NCBI GenBank assembly: GCA_048013815.1
Contig: CM106586.1
Span: 21,824,001-21,888,000 of the forward strand
DNA from: Setoptus koraiensis
Lineage: Eukaryota; Animalia; Arthropoda
Direction of reading: 5' to 3'
DNA length: 64,000 nucleotides
Positions 11,694-27,000 of the stretch are shown in pieces. How positions within the stretch are numbered: position 1 is the stretch's first letter; each line of letters begins with the position of its first letter. The notes under the pieces were generated by a model. That model worked only from the letters and a program-made list of their open reading frames with translations, had not been told where the DNA came from and did no database searches. The translations under genes were made by a program, and so were the position numbers.

Positions 11694-13822
11694 TGTTGTT
11701 GTTGCTGTTGTTGTTGTTGCTGCTGTTGTTGTTGTAGCTGTTGCTGGTGTTGGTTGTTCAAAGCAGCCTGTATCTGTTGTTGCTGAGATGCTATCGAGGC
11801 CGCAGCTGCATTAAGATCTGCTGCAGAGGAAACTGGAAGAACTAAAGATGTCCCATCTTGACAGATAACTTGGATAGCTATTTGGCGTGCGCCGAGGGCT
11901 TGAGGAGGTAGCGCAGATGCTAATAAAGACGTTGTTATTGTGGCTACGTTTTGGGTTGGAATGGAGTTTGAAAGATTGGCAAGAAGAAGTGTGTCATTGT
12001 TCAGGAGATCATTAGATGTCATTAGCGCTTTGATCTGATTATTATGTCTGATTACTTGATTTTGTAATGACTGGAGATTATTGTTATTGGCTGAACTATT
12101 CGTTGTATTAGATTTACGTTGTTCTAAAGACGTAAAGTTGTTATCAGCTCCTGTAGATTGGTTGACATTATTGCTGACATTATTCATATCTACTTGGTTC
12201 ATATTATTTGATTGTATCAATATTGAATTCATCATCAGTTGGTTTGAGTTTATAGTTTGGTCAGTGGTTGATTCTTCAACTTTGATCTTGTTGTTCTCAA
12301 CTTTATTCTCGTCCGATGAGCAGCCATTAGTATTGAACATATTCTCGAAAGATTTCTTATTAGTCTGAGTAGTGTTACTGATAACTAATGATGCCGTGGA
12401 TGCTAAACTACTAGAGTTATGCGTCGCGTCATTGTTATTGTCCTCTGACTTAGCACCTAATTCGTATTTATTCCCCTCGGAGCCTATAGTTGTTGTATCG
12501 GGTTCGGTAGAATCTTGTCGTTCTACTTTGGAGGCAACCACCATCTTAGATCTGTAGCTATTACTATTTGATGTTACTTTGGATCTTGTTCTTCGCCTTT
12601 TGATAGGTTTCTCTGTAATTTCGTTGGTCTGTTTTCTGTCTTGGGTGATCTGACACGCATTAGATGCTCGAGCTTCTGATGCTGCATTTTGATTTTGAAT
12701 ATTATTATTACAATCTTTGATGTCCGATGAATCTGCCTCAGGCTTCGACATTTCAACCTTGACACTATTTGTTTGAGCACTTTCTTGTTTTAGACAGTCA
12801 GCGGAGTTTCCATCATTTCCAAATAACCTCTGCTGAAGTTCCTGGAGCTTTTTATGGTGATTTAATTGTAAATGTAGTTGAGTATGAGTTGATTTTTGAG
12901 GTGTTTGCTCTGTTTGATTAACTTTAGCCCTCTTTTGTTGTGCTGCATTTTTATGCCTTGATCTTCTAGGTCTAGGTGTACAAGCGCTAATGTTTGTTTT
13001 AACCGTTAGAGACTGAGTGGATGGTGGATGAGGTTCGTTTGTTTCCTTTGATGTTGCTGTCATTGGCGGTGGTTCTGAAGATGGACGATCTGTCTCTATT
13101 AAATCTATAGAATGTTGGTCCGATATTGGCGGTGCTTCATCTAGTGACTCTGGCTCAGACTTAGGTTGTTTTAGATGTGACGATTGAGGTAGTAGTAGAC
13201 CATGCGATGTCTGATGAGACCAGTGTTGGTGATCGCTTAAAGAGGACATCATTGAACTAATCGGTGTGGATATCAAGGTGGGTGACATCGATCCAGTCGG
13301 TTCCTCGCTTTGACAATCATCAACTGCCTCATCAACATGACAATTGACTAGATTTTCTATTTTCATTCCATTGATTTTATATGGGTTGGTCAAGTGAGAG
13401 CTACATGTCAGTGTTGTAGGTGATATTGGCAACGAATTGTCGCAATCACCAACTAAACTTAATGGAGAATACTCTTCCAATGAGATCCTTGAAAAATGAT
13501 GTGAATGATTTTCCGCTAATAGATGAGATGGAGTGCCAGAGGACGCGGAAGCGCTGAGCATGTTGTGCATCCTATCGACATCATCAACTCCGTTCAAGCT
13601 ATCTTGATCGATTCCACAATGATCATTATGATCACGATGATGATGTCCATAAGTTCCATTGTCCGAAGTGCTCGTAGCTGTACCTGTGAAACAATCGTCA
13701 ACACTGGTAACATCGGCTGTAGAAGACAATAGTGGAGTCAAAGATGTTGATTTGCATCGCTCGGAATGGAGATATAAGAATGGAGATGTTGGACTGGGTG
13801 ATGATAAGTGCCTTTGGTCCAT
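9847..13822 (-). CDS. C2H2 zinc-finger transcription factor: 5 C-terminal fingers, long S/N/Q-rich disordered N-terminus (1220 aa, 4 exons)
   Basis: Exons 13822-10823, 10729-10609, 10505-10401, 10283-9847; GT-AG introns of 93, 103 and 117 nt; total 3663 nt in frame. Fingers CEHC..HKKIH, CDALNC..HLHIH, CNIC..HKRFH, CPHC..HLRSIH, CPFC..HLNTSH. PolyQ tract at about 11640-11760. An upstream exon is not excluded. Confidence 0.88.
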
Positions 13823-14938
13823 AATAGGAAACAACTTTCAAATAGCAGATCCAGACTTTTAATGTATGATAAATGTTCAATAATATGCAAGTGGCAGTGA
13901 TAGTACTTTTTAAACACAACAGTATTAGTTACTTCCTCTTGTTGATGTTCATATATGTATATACAAGCAAATATATGAATACGTTAACTAGTTGACTATG
14001 GTTCTATAGCATCCGTGATTATCTCTTGTATGTAAATCAATCCATTAAATTAATTTTGTAATAATATAGATGTGGTTATTATCATATTATGGCCAACATG
14101 TTACAGATCAATAGGGTTTAGTATTGCTGTATTATTATATAGTATCTGATTATGACTAGATTGATGACGAGATTGTTTTCATATTGAATCAAGGAAAATT
14201 CAATGCATTCAGCTAGTTTCAGCTAGCTTCTTTCCTGCTAATGTCACTAGGTTGTCTGGCTGAGGCTAAATAATGACAATGTGTGAATCCGAGATGGGTA
14301 TATTCAATCGATTATTTTGTCCAATGATTAGAGTATATATGTATATTTGAATCTATTTGGCTGATTGTTTAGTGAATTAAAAATAGTTGAAATCACGTTT
14401 TGAGAATAGTGCCAAATTAATATAAGATACTAGCTCGTTTCGTTGTTATGTCCAATGATAAATTTATTTTGTGTGTTAATCAGTCTATCTGATAACAATC
14501 CTATCGTTTCTAGAAATGTTCCATATACATGAAATGTGGGTCTTTGAATATGAATCAATAATAATTGTTGTTTGAGTATGTAGAAAGGACAACGACGACT
14601 CCAACCAAAGCGATGTCATCCGAGGGCATTCAATTGGATTACAATGATAAAACTATCTTCAAGACAGTAGAATGCAGGGCCTCATCGTAGTAGTAGTCTT
14701 ACATTAATAGACGTCGTGACCGTCGTCGTTGTTATCGTCGCCACAATTGACATGGACATATATAGAGAAGGATCTCCTCATCTATTAATAGTGTGATATA
14801 TGATGGAGAGATTCGTGGTAATACCAAATTTTAGTTGATAATAGTGTACACGCACGCACAAGTTGTAACGAGCACGTATTTAGCGTGTCCTAGCTGATGA
14901 GAGATAGTTATTGTTTATTCCAATTAAATATATTTATT

Positions 14939-14962
14939 TATATATATATATATATACACATG

Positions 14963-15013
<51 letters not shown>
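14939..15013. repeat. Interrupted (TA)n microsatellite
   Basis: Two (TA)n runs separated by CACATGAAA. Confidence 0.95.
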
Positions 15014-15015
<2 letters not shown>

Positions 15016-16063
15016 GTGTGTTATATAAGTGTATATATTGTTTATAAATGGATAGTCTAAATATAAACAACAAGAATGATGTATATCAGCGTACTGGTTT
15101 TAGTCTACGATGGTATTGGTTTATTTATATATGCACACTAGGAGCCTCCATTATACATGTTCTATAATTGAGGATATGTAAATGTGTGAGCGCCCGACTT
15201 TCTCACTTTCTCTTTTTGATACTGTTACAGCATGAATTCGATAGACTCACGTGCTTGTGGACAATTTTGTGAGCTTGTGTAACAAAATACCATGGCCATT
15301 AAGAAGGCTTACGCACTATAGCACTGGCACATTCAGTCGTTAGGATCGCCAGAATTATCAGCGCTGATAACGCAAACACACACACGCACCATGGGTGCTC
15401 AAAGATGCAAGGGTGCGCGAAAAGATACACAAGCACCCTCAGTGTAACAAGCAGCCCAATTGAGTCGACAATTTGTACAAATACGCTCCTCTATTGAGTC
15501 CTGCAAGCAAGAGAATTTTATCTATGAGTGTGTGTGTGTGTTCTTTGGCAGCATCATACGTTTTGGGGCCCATAGTGGGCTACGGTATCCCAACACGTAA
15601 TCTCACTAGCGCCATCTAGTTGTTGCGCTGGGCAAGTCTTCGTTGCGTCACTGCGCCCGGGGATAAAGGGAAACGGAACAGGAATAGAAAAAGATAGGCT
15701 CTACAGCACTGTATGTGGGGATACAGTGTGGGTCCACATTGTTGTTTGTACTGTGGCATTATACAACCGTGCAAATATCGTTGAATGAGAGGAAGGAAAA
15801 GTTTACATTGGGTAACCTCAACGAGGAAATACAATTTGAGGCTAGTATTTTGGCCCCGGTTGCACGGTATGTGTGTGTTCGGCTGCGATCGATCCGCTGA
15901 GTTTCATTCAAACTGTTCTCGGATGTTTTTGAATGACTCACCCAGTGGCCATTACATAAAGAATTGGTACATGCAGTTGTTACAGGAACAGTAGCAATTT
16001 CGGGTTACACACACACACACGCACACACACACACAGCAAAAGTAGACAGCAAATGAGGCCGAG

Positions 16064-16065
<2 letters not shown>

Positions 16066-16118
<53 letters not shown>
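16066..16118. repeat. (CT)n/(GA)n microsatellite
   Basis: Pure dinucleotide run of about 26 units. Confidence 0.95.
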
Positions 16119-16123
<5 letters not shown>

Positions 16124-19100
16124 TATCAACTTCATCGTTAGAGTAGGTAAGATCTATCATTCTATACGGGATTTCATTCTCAGGGGCTGCTCTCGCTGAT
16201 TTTGCTGATGGAACACGATAAATGGATAATGAAAGGGGAGCGAGAGTGAAAGCGGGAGGATCGCATACGCATACCAGATGTAGCTTGTGCACGTACCAGA
16301 AGAGTGCCTTCTAATTGTATACAACTCAGTGAATTCAAAAAAAAAACAACATTGTATGCTGTGCAACGGTCGCGTCCCCCCAAACACAACGCTTTTGACC
16401 CATCAATACAAAATTTACCCAATTTTGTTTCTTTAATGGTATAATGCGATCAGAGAGAATGCTCGCTGCATTCTACAACAATTGATAGTGGTGACGTTAT
16501 GTTAGAAAATAGCCCTCGTGGTGCCAATGACTGTCTGTCTGTGGCAAATCATGATGTATGAAATGGTCACGAAAATAGAGCTAGCCGTTCCCCAGTCACG
16601 AGAGAAGAAAGAAGCTTTTCAGGTTTTGTACGCAACAACAACGCGACCATGTGCACCATGTAATCGAATAGAGCATCTACATACGTACTTTTATCTGGGA
16701 AACACATTCAGTGTGCAGCTATTGTTGTCTTTTTCGCTCAAGCTCATCATTCAGAGACAGCATTCACCTTTGTCTAAGCTTGCAATTGTTGTTTTTCACG
16801 TGCTTCTACTATTGAATAATCATAATTCAAATATACCAACTCAATATATATCCATGGAATTAGAGGAGGTTTATTTCTTAGTTGTTGTTTCTGCAGCATA
16901 GGTGGTGGTATTTTTGTTGGCGGCAAATGAAGAATAAAAACAGATTCACGGGAAGCGAATATCATCAGTGGAGGACAGTTAGTCGACAATAAATGGTCGA
17001 TTGTCGATTCATTTCTATTCCATTCAGCTAGTTCGTTAAAACGGGGTGGACGTACACGTATGTCTAGCTCGTGACCAAGTCACAGAATGCATTGTCCGCC
17101 AGTTACATAGATCGATATAAGTAAGAGAAGATCGTCGTTGCTGGAAAAATAAAATGCCCACTCGCTATATCGCTTTTTTTGCTGCTCCGTTATAACGTTG
17201 TGCATCATTTGCAGCGTACTATAAACTAGTTGATAATATAGGCATAATCATTTATAAACGATATATAACGTTATATAAACTCTTGTACATACTAACTAAC
17301 CAGTAGATCAACAGTCCATAGAGATGCGCTTGTTGTACTTTTTGTCGAACAGTCACAAATGGTTTGGCGCACAACAGCGCTTGAGCACTGCTACCTTGGG
17401 CCAACCTAAAATAATAATAATAATAATAAAATTAATAGTGAAATCCGAAAATAGATAGATAGAGCGCGGGAGAATTGTCGACATTCAAAGCGTTGCGAGA
17501 AAAAATAGATTAAAGAGAAGGAGACAGGGCGACGCTTTATTCTCTTAGAGACTAAATGGCTGGCGGTGGCAATTGAGGCCAGACTAGATGAAAACTTGAT
17601 AACTAACTGTCGGGTGACCACTACAAACTACTACTACAGAGACAGATGATGTTAATGGTAGCGGCTGAGGCTACTTGATGGCAACCATGATCACAAGTGG
17701 CCATCGAGTAAGTAAGTCTCCGGCCGAATTCGCAGAACTATGGTATTTCTTGTAATAACCTATGACGTAAGGAGAGCGGCCATTTGATGGACATGATACC
17801 GGCTGAGACTACGATGTTGCACATGAGTGAGTGGTTGTGATGCTGTGTTGTACATCTGTAAAACAGCAGCGACAAAGACGGCGGCAATTCATGTATATAC
17901 ATGATGAAAAGATTGAAGAGGAAAGAGATGGAGGAATAATATAAACGATGACAAGCGCGCGCGAGAGAGAGAGGGAGAGAGAGAGAGGGAGAGAGAGAGG
18001 GGGGGGGGAGCGAATCACAATAGATTTTGACGCTGCACATAGTGACTCAAAACGCATGAAATATTGTAGATGATTCAATTCTTTTTCTAGAGTACACAAC
18101 AAATTTATTTCTTGTTGCAGATGGTGCTGTTGAAAGTAACAGCAAGTCCGAATCTACTCTGCAGAAAACACAGACGCTTGCCGTCAAGAAAAAGTACGTA
18201 GAGCAGCTGTTGTCTTGAATTTCGTTGGAACAGTTTGGATTCCACCGTACATACATATCCGGCATGCTGGCAAGCCAGAGCGATTTTGGCAAGCTACAAA
18301 AAGCCAGTGTTACCGCACAAGATGGTAGTAGCAAACTAACCCTTGAGCAACCATCGGAGGTGGTTTAGGAGCAGAATTCTCCAGACACATTACTAGTAAC
18401 ACTTGCTAAATACTTACTCGCTCGCCCGTTTATTGAGAGTCAGATTTATCACACTTAGTCTTTGCGAACAAGCGAGACCGTTTCCGCGAAGCCCGCTGGC
18501 CCCACTGAAGTTTCCAGCAGACTCAGTGGTTCAGTTGGTTTTGCGTTCGCCTCAGATGGATCGCATGAACTAACGCGCACGCACACACGCACACATACAC
18601 ACACACGCACACACACACACACGCACGCACGCACACAGTCTTCGTTTGGGAACTCTTTGGTTCTGCAACCATTAAATGTTGGTTCAGAACAGTGTGACCG
18701 AGCGTCGGGTGCCCGTCGTCAGAATATAAAATCATATGTACGTAAGTCGGCGAACCAGGAGCTACATTCCATAAATTTATTTTCCCTTTTGGCATTCGAA
18801 TTGACAGTGGCCACTGGCCTGAGAAGATACGAGCGCCAACTTGCATTCTATCCTGTGTGCTCTCGGCCTTGGTGCCACCAATCAGCCCGTTGGTTTTGCC
18901 CGTCTTGAAAAGAGCAGAAACTTGAGAGTCAACACCTGGTTGACGACAAGCGTCCAGCATCGCCGAGCACGGGGCCGGGGCCGGCACTACCCTGGATGAT
19001 GCGGCCGGGGAAAGAGGGGACCGGCTTGCAAGCGGCGGAAACAGATATAAACTTTGTTATCTTTTAGCGAGACGACGTCAGAGAACGAGAATAAGAAGAT

Positions 19101-19314
19101 GTAGACAGACGCATACTAAATATGCCTTTAGCTCGCCCAGAGCTCGCACACACGACCGAAAGATTTGGTTTTGTCGTGCCATAGATAGAGACCGATTATT
19201 ACCAGTATCTATCTAGGGCACACACACACATTCACAGTGTGTCCCCGGGTAAGCGACCTCTGGTGGTGATGTAACAAGCGCCCATTTTTAGTGGTGAGTA
19301 GGACAACCGGTTGA

Positions 19315-19436
<122 letters not shown>

Positions 19437-19587
19437 ATCATACTTGCCACGCACATAGACATGTAAGCTCAGACTGGCAGAACAAACTAGCACACGCACT
19501 CTACTCTTGTATACTCCTGTTGTATATAAACAGAAGTGATTGTTCTTTTGGGCGTTTGATTGAACCAGTGCACTAGAGCACCGCTAA

Positions 19588-19630
<43 letters not shown>

Positions 19631-19923
19631 GACATAGAGACACTAGAGCGCTAGTTAAATCGACAGGCCACGGGCGCTCTCTAGTGATAACGAACGACTC
19701 CCCTAGTCATCAAGGTACACACACACACGATAGTAGCAGAGGAAAGGGACCGGGGGCACGCACACACACAAGAAGCGAACACATGAAGTAGTAGCAGCGG
19801 CGGGGCGAGCCTTGAGTGGTGATTCGTCGTCGTCACCAAGGCTGGCTTCGTGTGCGTTTATTTCTAACATTCGATTGTTGGCTAGAGCTTTTAGGTCTCG
19901 CTAGTTCTATCTCTCTCTCCCTG

Positions 19924-19960
<37 letters not shown>

Positions 19961-20165
19961 CTCGCTCGCCCGCTCTTCAGGTTCTCTCGCTAGGAAGTTA
20001 ATTCGTTGTTGCCGACACGGTTTATTCTATTCCTTTTTCTATATACATTTATATATAACATGTAGTGTGCGATTCTGTTCCATCTCTTTGTCGCTCTCTC
20101 ACCAGCTCTGGCATATTTAAAGAGTTTGAGGGAACTATAGATGCGCGTTTCCCTGCATACGCGCA

Positions 20166-20204
<39 letters not shown>

Positions 20205-21013
20205 CATTTATGGCAAACCAAAGAGCTTAGCGTAGACAGACAAACGGACAGACTCACACATACTCACTCACATGAATTTGTCGTGTTTGACCAAGAATCA
20301 TGCACACACACACACGCACAAACGATGAGAATCAGAGGATCTAGCTTTGCATCATCATCCTCGCTGGCTATTATTATATGGAATCTTATATTATATAGAA
20401 ATATTGTTATTATTTATATAATAATATTGTTACTATCATCATCACAAATACCTAGACACACTGTGTACATGCTCAAGAATTCAATACTGTTCTATATAAA
20501 CAGCGCATACACACAGACCAATAGACAGACAGTCACACACACACACACACACACACTCGCTCGCTCGCATTACTAATGTACAGTACCATTAGCAAGCTGA
20601 AAATATACATGACAGAAGCGAGAGCCGATATAATTAAATTTAACAAATTCAATTCCATTATTATTATTACTACTACTATTACTATTACTATTATCACTAT
20701 TATTATTATTACTATTATCATTATTACTATTACCAACCAGCAACAACAAAATTTTATTCATTTTATGCAACAACATGATGGTCGACATTGGTTTAACGGA
20801 ATTACGCCATTATTACAATATTACTAATACTTTTCATCATCATCATTGGTCGTTATGATTCCTGCTGCAATAGTAGCAGCGGCAACAAAAGCTAAAACTA
20901 TAATAACAACAAGATAGCGGCAATTAATTGCAGATGATAGCAGCAATAGGCATAACACACTAATTGAGAATAGATTATTAATGTTGGAGCTAAGTGATTG
21001 TTAAAGGCGCCAA

Positions 21014-24000
21014 ATGCCGCTCAAGCGGCAATTCAACGCAAGCACATTGACGTCCACATTGAAGTCAACGCTTGCAAATCAACCCTTGGCCAATCTAGCT
21101 ATGGACAAACTCTCTTCATCGGCGTCTTCGTGGTCACAAAAACCGGCACAATTATTTGGTCAAGTCAACAATCATGGTGAAAATAATATGCAACAACATC
21201 ACCATCAAACTCAACAGCAGCCGAACCAGCAAGCACAAATGAGAGGGAGGGCACCACCAGCTCCGAGCCAGCTCGGGCCGGTACCAAGCACTCCAAATGT
21301 TGATATGAGCCATCTAACAGAAGAGGAACGTCTAATGATACAATCAGTCATGGCTAAAGCTGAAATGGCCAATTTGTCTGACCAAAACCCACCCATTACG
21401 GGAGGAGGAAATAGTGGACGAGCAGCAGTTGTCCAGCAGCAGCAGCAGCAACAACAACAACAACAACAACTTCAAAGTCAGCAGCCCAATCAGCAAATGC
21501 AACAACACCAGCAACAACACCAGCAACAACACCAGCAACAACAACAACAACAACAACTGAAGCAACAGCAAGAACAGCAGCAGCAACTACAACAACAACA
21601 TCAACAGAATCTGCAACAACACCAACTACAGCAACAACAAAATCTACAGCAGCAACAACAACAGCAAAATCTACAGCAGCAACAACAACAAATTCAACAT
21701 CAATTACAACTAAAACAACAGCAAGAGCAACAACAACAACTCCAGAAGCAAGACCAACAACACCAACAACAATATCAGCAACAGCAGACAGTTAATAGAA
21801 TTCTTAGACCTCAGATGGACACTAATCAGCAGCCTATGCCTCCGATGCCTCAGCAGCAACTCAGCCAAATTAACCAACAAGATCAAGTATCACTGGTATC
21901 ACAACAAGCTTACATTCCGCAGACAAATAATAACAATAATAATAATAGTAATAGTAACAATGCTCATCAACAACAATTCAATCTCAATGCCCAACAATTT
22001 AACCTTAATGCCCAACAATTTCCAACTGCCAATCAGCAACAGCAACTATCACAAATTCAAGCTTTGCAACAAAATCCTCTAGCAAATCAACAGCAATCAA
22101 ACGCACAATCTTATGGAATGTCTCAGCAACCCGTTAATTCAGATTCGACCAACAAGTTTGTGCAACCGATACAATTGCCCTCTCTTCAGGCTTCCGATGA
22201 TCCGAATGTGACTCAAAACCAGCTCGAATTTCTACTTCAGCAGTCTATCCAGCGAGATAATCTCAGTAGATCTCAAGTGGAAATTGAACCAGCTCAAAAA
22301 TTACAACCTCAGATTCAAGTGCAGCCTCAACCTCATAGTATCATAGCAAATAAAATTCCAGCTCAACAGAATATTCCCAACGCGATCATTCAATCTAATA
22401 ATGATATCGTAAATTTAGATGGCAGTCTTCTCCGACAAAGATTAAATCAACAGTATATAGAAGTCACGCCACCACAACTCTACGTTCAACAAAAAGAGAA
22501 TTTGAATAATTTCACCTCTATTTCGCAAAATCCAATGATGTCTCAGTTAGATTTCCTTAAGCAACAACAACTTCAGCAAGCTACTTCCCCTCTGTTGAAC
22601 GACAGTGAAACAATCCAACATAATCCCCCATTAGAACATTTTCTTCAAATGCAGAAAGCTTCTGCGATGCAAAGATTTAATTTACCTTCATCTGCGGTAG
22701 ATCAGGGATTCCAGAGCTTAGATCAACTTGCAAATGAATATCATCGCAAAAGTCCCTATGAAATATCTAAGATTATCAACAACAGCAATCTTCAACAATA
22801 CCAAGAACCTTCACATCAGTCTCAACTTCCGGTACATTCTCATCATCATAGACATTTACCACAACTCCAACCCCAGCCACAACCGAGGAACCTTTCACAA
22901 AATCGTCATCTTCCACAACCTATTCACCATGGCCAATCGCTTGATGAAACTAACCGACCTATTGAAGATGATTTCACTAGATCAGATTCCCCGAACGGTC
23001 AGTTTGAATACGTCCAAAGCAGTGATCGTCATACAGTGGTATCTCAACAGAGGAAACAGCACTTAAAGAAATTGCACCAACAACCCTCCAAAGCCAAATT
23101 CGAAGCGATCCCTACATTCAATGGATCTGAAAATACAAGTCCTTCAAACAATGAGGCAGAAAACGATAATCTAACTAAAGAATCTGAGCGATCTTCTAAA
23201 GAGTCCGACAAGAAAGTCGATAATAAAACGATCAACGAAGAGACAATAAGCTTGTTGGAGGAAATAAAGCAAAAATTTGATGAAAAGGCAAATCATCAGG
23301 TCATGGAGCATCAACAAATGCTTATAAAGCAGAATCAGCAGATGATTCAATTACAATTGGAACATCAAAAGTTAGCACAGGAACTACAAAATGTCATCAA
23401 AGCAAAAGCTCAAGAAGTTGTTCAACCAACTATTCAGCAGAAAATACCCCTGGAAAAAAATTCTGAGCAATCTGAGGTGACAAAAGATGTCGAAAAGCCG
23501 CAGTCAGACTCTCCGAAACAAGAAAGTAAGAAGACCAATGAGCTGATTCAACAAGATTCTCGGAAACCAACTTGCTCTCAATCAACTCAAGTTACAAACA
23601 TCTCTAATCGAAAATCCTCAAGCGCTATCGATACCCCAGAAGAATCTGAAGATAGTAATAGTGAGAGGAAATCAAATCCTAGAGGTGTATCCCCTAGACA
23701 TACCAGACCGAGAAAGACCCAAAACGTTACTGCAATGTCAACATATAAAATGGATAAACATCAAAGAGAACTTTTACAATCGCCGACAGATACAAATGAA
23801 TCGGATTTCGAGGCTTCGGTACCAAAGACAAGCAATAAACAAAGAACCATGAGAGTATCCCCAGGACCCAGGGTTGTTGCCACGAGAAGACGTGAGCCTA
23901 CAGGTCTACCTCCTTCGCCTTTACCAGTGGCAGCGGCTATTCAATTGCATCAATTGCAGCAGCATCAGATGTCCAAGCATAATATTCAAACTGGTTCACG

Positions 24001-27000
24001 AACAGGGACCACTGTTTCCAATGCTGCAAATAAAGCTCGTTATTCAAGATCGAGATCGGTGACCAATTCACCCAATCATTTCACGGGTGGAACCTATTTG
24101 GATGAGCATCATAGGATGCGGTCAATGTCTCCCGATACAATGAGCGAGCTTGGAGATGTTAGAAGGCGACGAAAATTACTTCCAGAACCTCCCTCGAATT
24201 CTGTTCCAATAACTCCATTGATGGTGAGAAAACTGTTGCAAGCCCAAAGGACGAATAATTCAAATAGATTACTGCCAAACAGTGTTAACACTCAGTCGAC
24301 AATTTTGAACAACAATCAGAGATTATCTGCGTTCGAAAAAGTATCAAACCCGGCACCAATCACTAAACAAGATGACGCTTATTTAGGAACGACTTCAAGG
24401 CATCCACAGGTCTCAGATCAGCAATTCAGCCATTTACATACTCCTGATCAAAATCATACTTTTTCAGCCAGCATCGATTCGGAATCTTCTGATTTAAACA
24501 AATTCCTGGCCTCGACTTACGGCACTTCTATTCTGAAGAATCCGATCAATGATGTCAAAGAAACTCCTGAATTAGACAAACTAATAAGTAATTCGCTTGG
24601 TTATTATGGTCTAGATCAGCATACAATACCTTCTGATAAGAACAACTTTGCAACAAATATAGATCAATCTAACAATTTAGCAACTGCGTTTGATTCTTTC
24701 GGTCTCTCTCCACGAAGAACGTTGGTGGATAGCTATAGAACAGGCTCTTCCTTAAGAAATCATCCTAGTCAACTTATCCGACGTAACAGTGATGGAGAGA
24801 GTTTCATAACCAGTCGCCTAGATCAATTAGACTCACATGACAGATATTATGATCCTAGTAGGCCTGATGTTTTGAGTAGCCCGAGCAGGATTCGGTATCA
24901 GCATAACGACTTGTCAAAAAGTTATAGAGGTTCAACATCTATCATGAAGAAATCAAATAATGATTATTTACATCAGAGTGGCAGTACTTTACCGGATCAG
25001 CATGCCTCGAGAATGCTCATGGACACACCATTGTTGCTTGAATCATCTTATCAACAGAAGCAGCCCTACTTCACGCGGCGTCAAAGGTCTTCAAATAATC
25101 AATCAATACTTGGTAATGATTCTTCAAACGTTTATCCAGTTGCTGACTCCAATACTACCAATATTTCGAGTGTACCTAGATTGGATTTTACAACAAGTCA
25201 CAATTTTGGCAATGATTCCGAATGGTTGCCCCATACGAGTAGAGTTTTACAGCAATATCAAAGGCGTCAACAACTCGATGATGCCAGGAATCAAACAAAT
25301 ACTACATTTGACAGATTGGCCAGATATCGTAACAACCTTAACCAAAGAAGTAATATCAAAACATCTTTCTCTAGATTTGATGATATTCCTAGGTAAAGAA
25401 ATTCGCTTTTATAGTAAACTCGTGATTTACTCTTGAAAAAATCAAGTTTGGGCATGCAATAACCTAGAGTATGTTTCATTTTACAGTTCCCGTTATAGTT
25501 CCAGCCCTAACAGTAGACTAGATTCAAGCACTAGGCCTTTATTGTCGCAGTTCCAATATAGATCGCTCGATGAAGACAGGTAAATATAAAATAATTTCTT
25601 GGGGCACATTCAACAATGATTCGTTTTATGTTCACTTATATCATTGATTATCGTTCCATCATATCAAATCATTCATCTCATTTAACCAATCCGTTGATAA
25701 TGTTAAAAACGAAACAAAAGATTTTATTAAATTAAATGAGTCATTCCATTTCGATGTATCGATCTTGTTATTACCATATTCAATTATCATGTCTGAATAT
25801 TACTATATGTTTAAGTAGATTAGCTCAACAATCGCGACAGTATGAAACACATCATATGGATTCCAAAAGAAGGCTCGATACACAGGAAGACATGAGAACG
25901 AATTCCATCTATCCACATGATAGAGATACCTCTTATCTCAAAACCTACCAAGCCAATTTCACTCCTGTATCTTACAACGTTAACACTTTTAGTGGTGACC
26001 CACAAGATAATCATGCAGTCAGGCAAGAACTATACTCAAAGGTAAATCTAATATCGATAATAGTATTGAATGATATGAGAATTCATAATAATCTAACAAT
26101 ATTCCTCACCTGACGGCTACTTCAATTAGCATGATATAATCAAGAACGGGCCTCAATTTAGCTCTGTCGGTTACAGATATAGAACAAGCAACCAAAGTCG
26201 CTTCAAAACTCAGCCACAGAAGCAAACAGTTGTCACTCAAAAGTATCCACCTCAATACAGACGTATTCTGTTGAGCAGAGACCCGAAAGACCGGATAGGT
26301 AAGTTTCTGTTTCAAGAATGGCTAGAAAATATCAGAGAAAAAAAAATCTAATATAGTCTAAATTTTTTATAGGTAATGGAATAGGGGTAAAAATCGTTGG
26401 CGGCCAGCCAATGCCAATTAGCGGACTTCGAACAGGAGAAGGAGTATTTGACAGGATAAATCAGACTATGATATATACAGGTGCATTCGTATCTAAAGTC
26501 TTTCATTCAACCTCTTACGCAACTGATGAAATACACGAAGGTTAGTTCAGAAAATCATTGCTATTGTTGAATCAATTTTCCAGTTTCGGTTGTATCGCAT
26601 AGTCTGATGCGTAAAACTCATTTGTGTTCGAACTGTTAATTTTCCAGGTGACCAAATAATTGAATGGAACGGGGTCAACCTCAGCAATAGAGGTGATCAA
26701 GAAGTGCAGCAGATTTTGATCAGCCAATTCTCAGATGACGAAGTTGACATAGTCTATCTACCATATTATAATATTGAACAAGTTTATGGTCTTAATCAAC
26801 AACAGCGAAGCAATAGAGACCCTCCGAGACGATATGACCCAAATTCAGGGAATATATATGATGATACAGAAGTGTTGTCACAAATAGCATCTGTAAATCG
26901 TCCACGTCAAAGTCTCCAAAAGCAGCTTTCAGAATATTCAGACGATTTTGATCGATTCGCACAATATAACAATCGTGGGCATCAGCATCAATCATTCACA

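Noticed and set aside
20576-20827. 83-aa I/T-rich ORF upstream of the Piccolo-like gene
   Set aside because: Mostly translation of an (ATT/ACT)n repeat; at most a uORF, with no supporting evidence.
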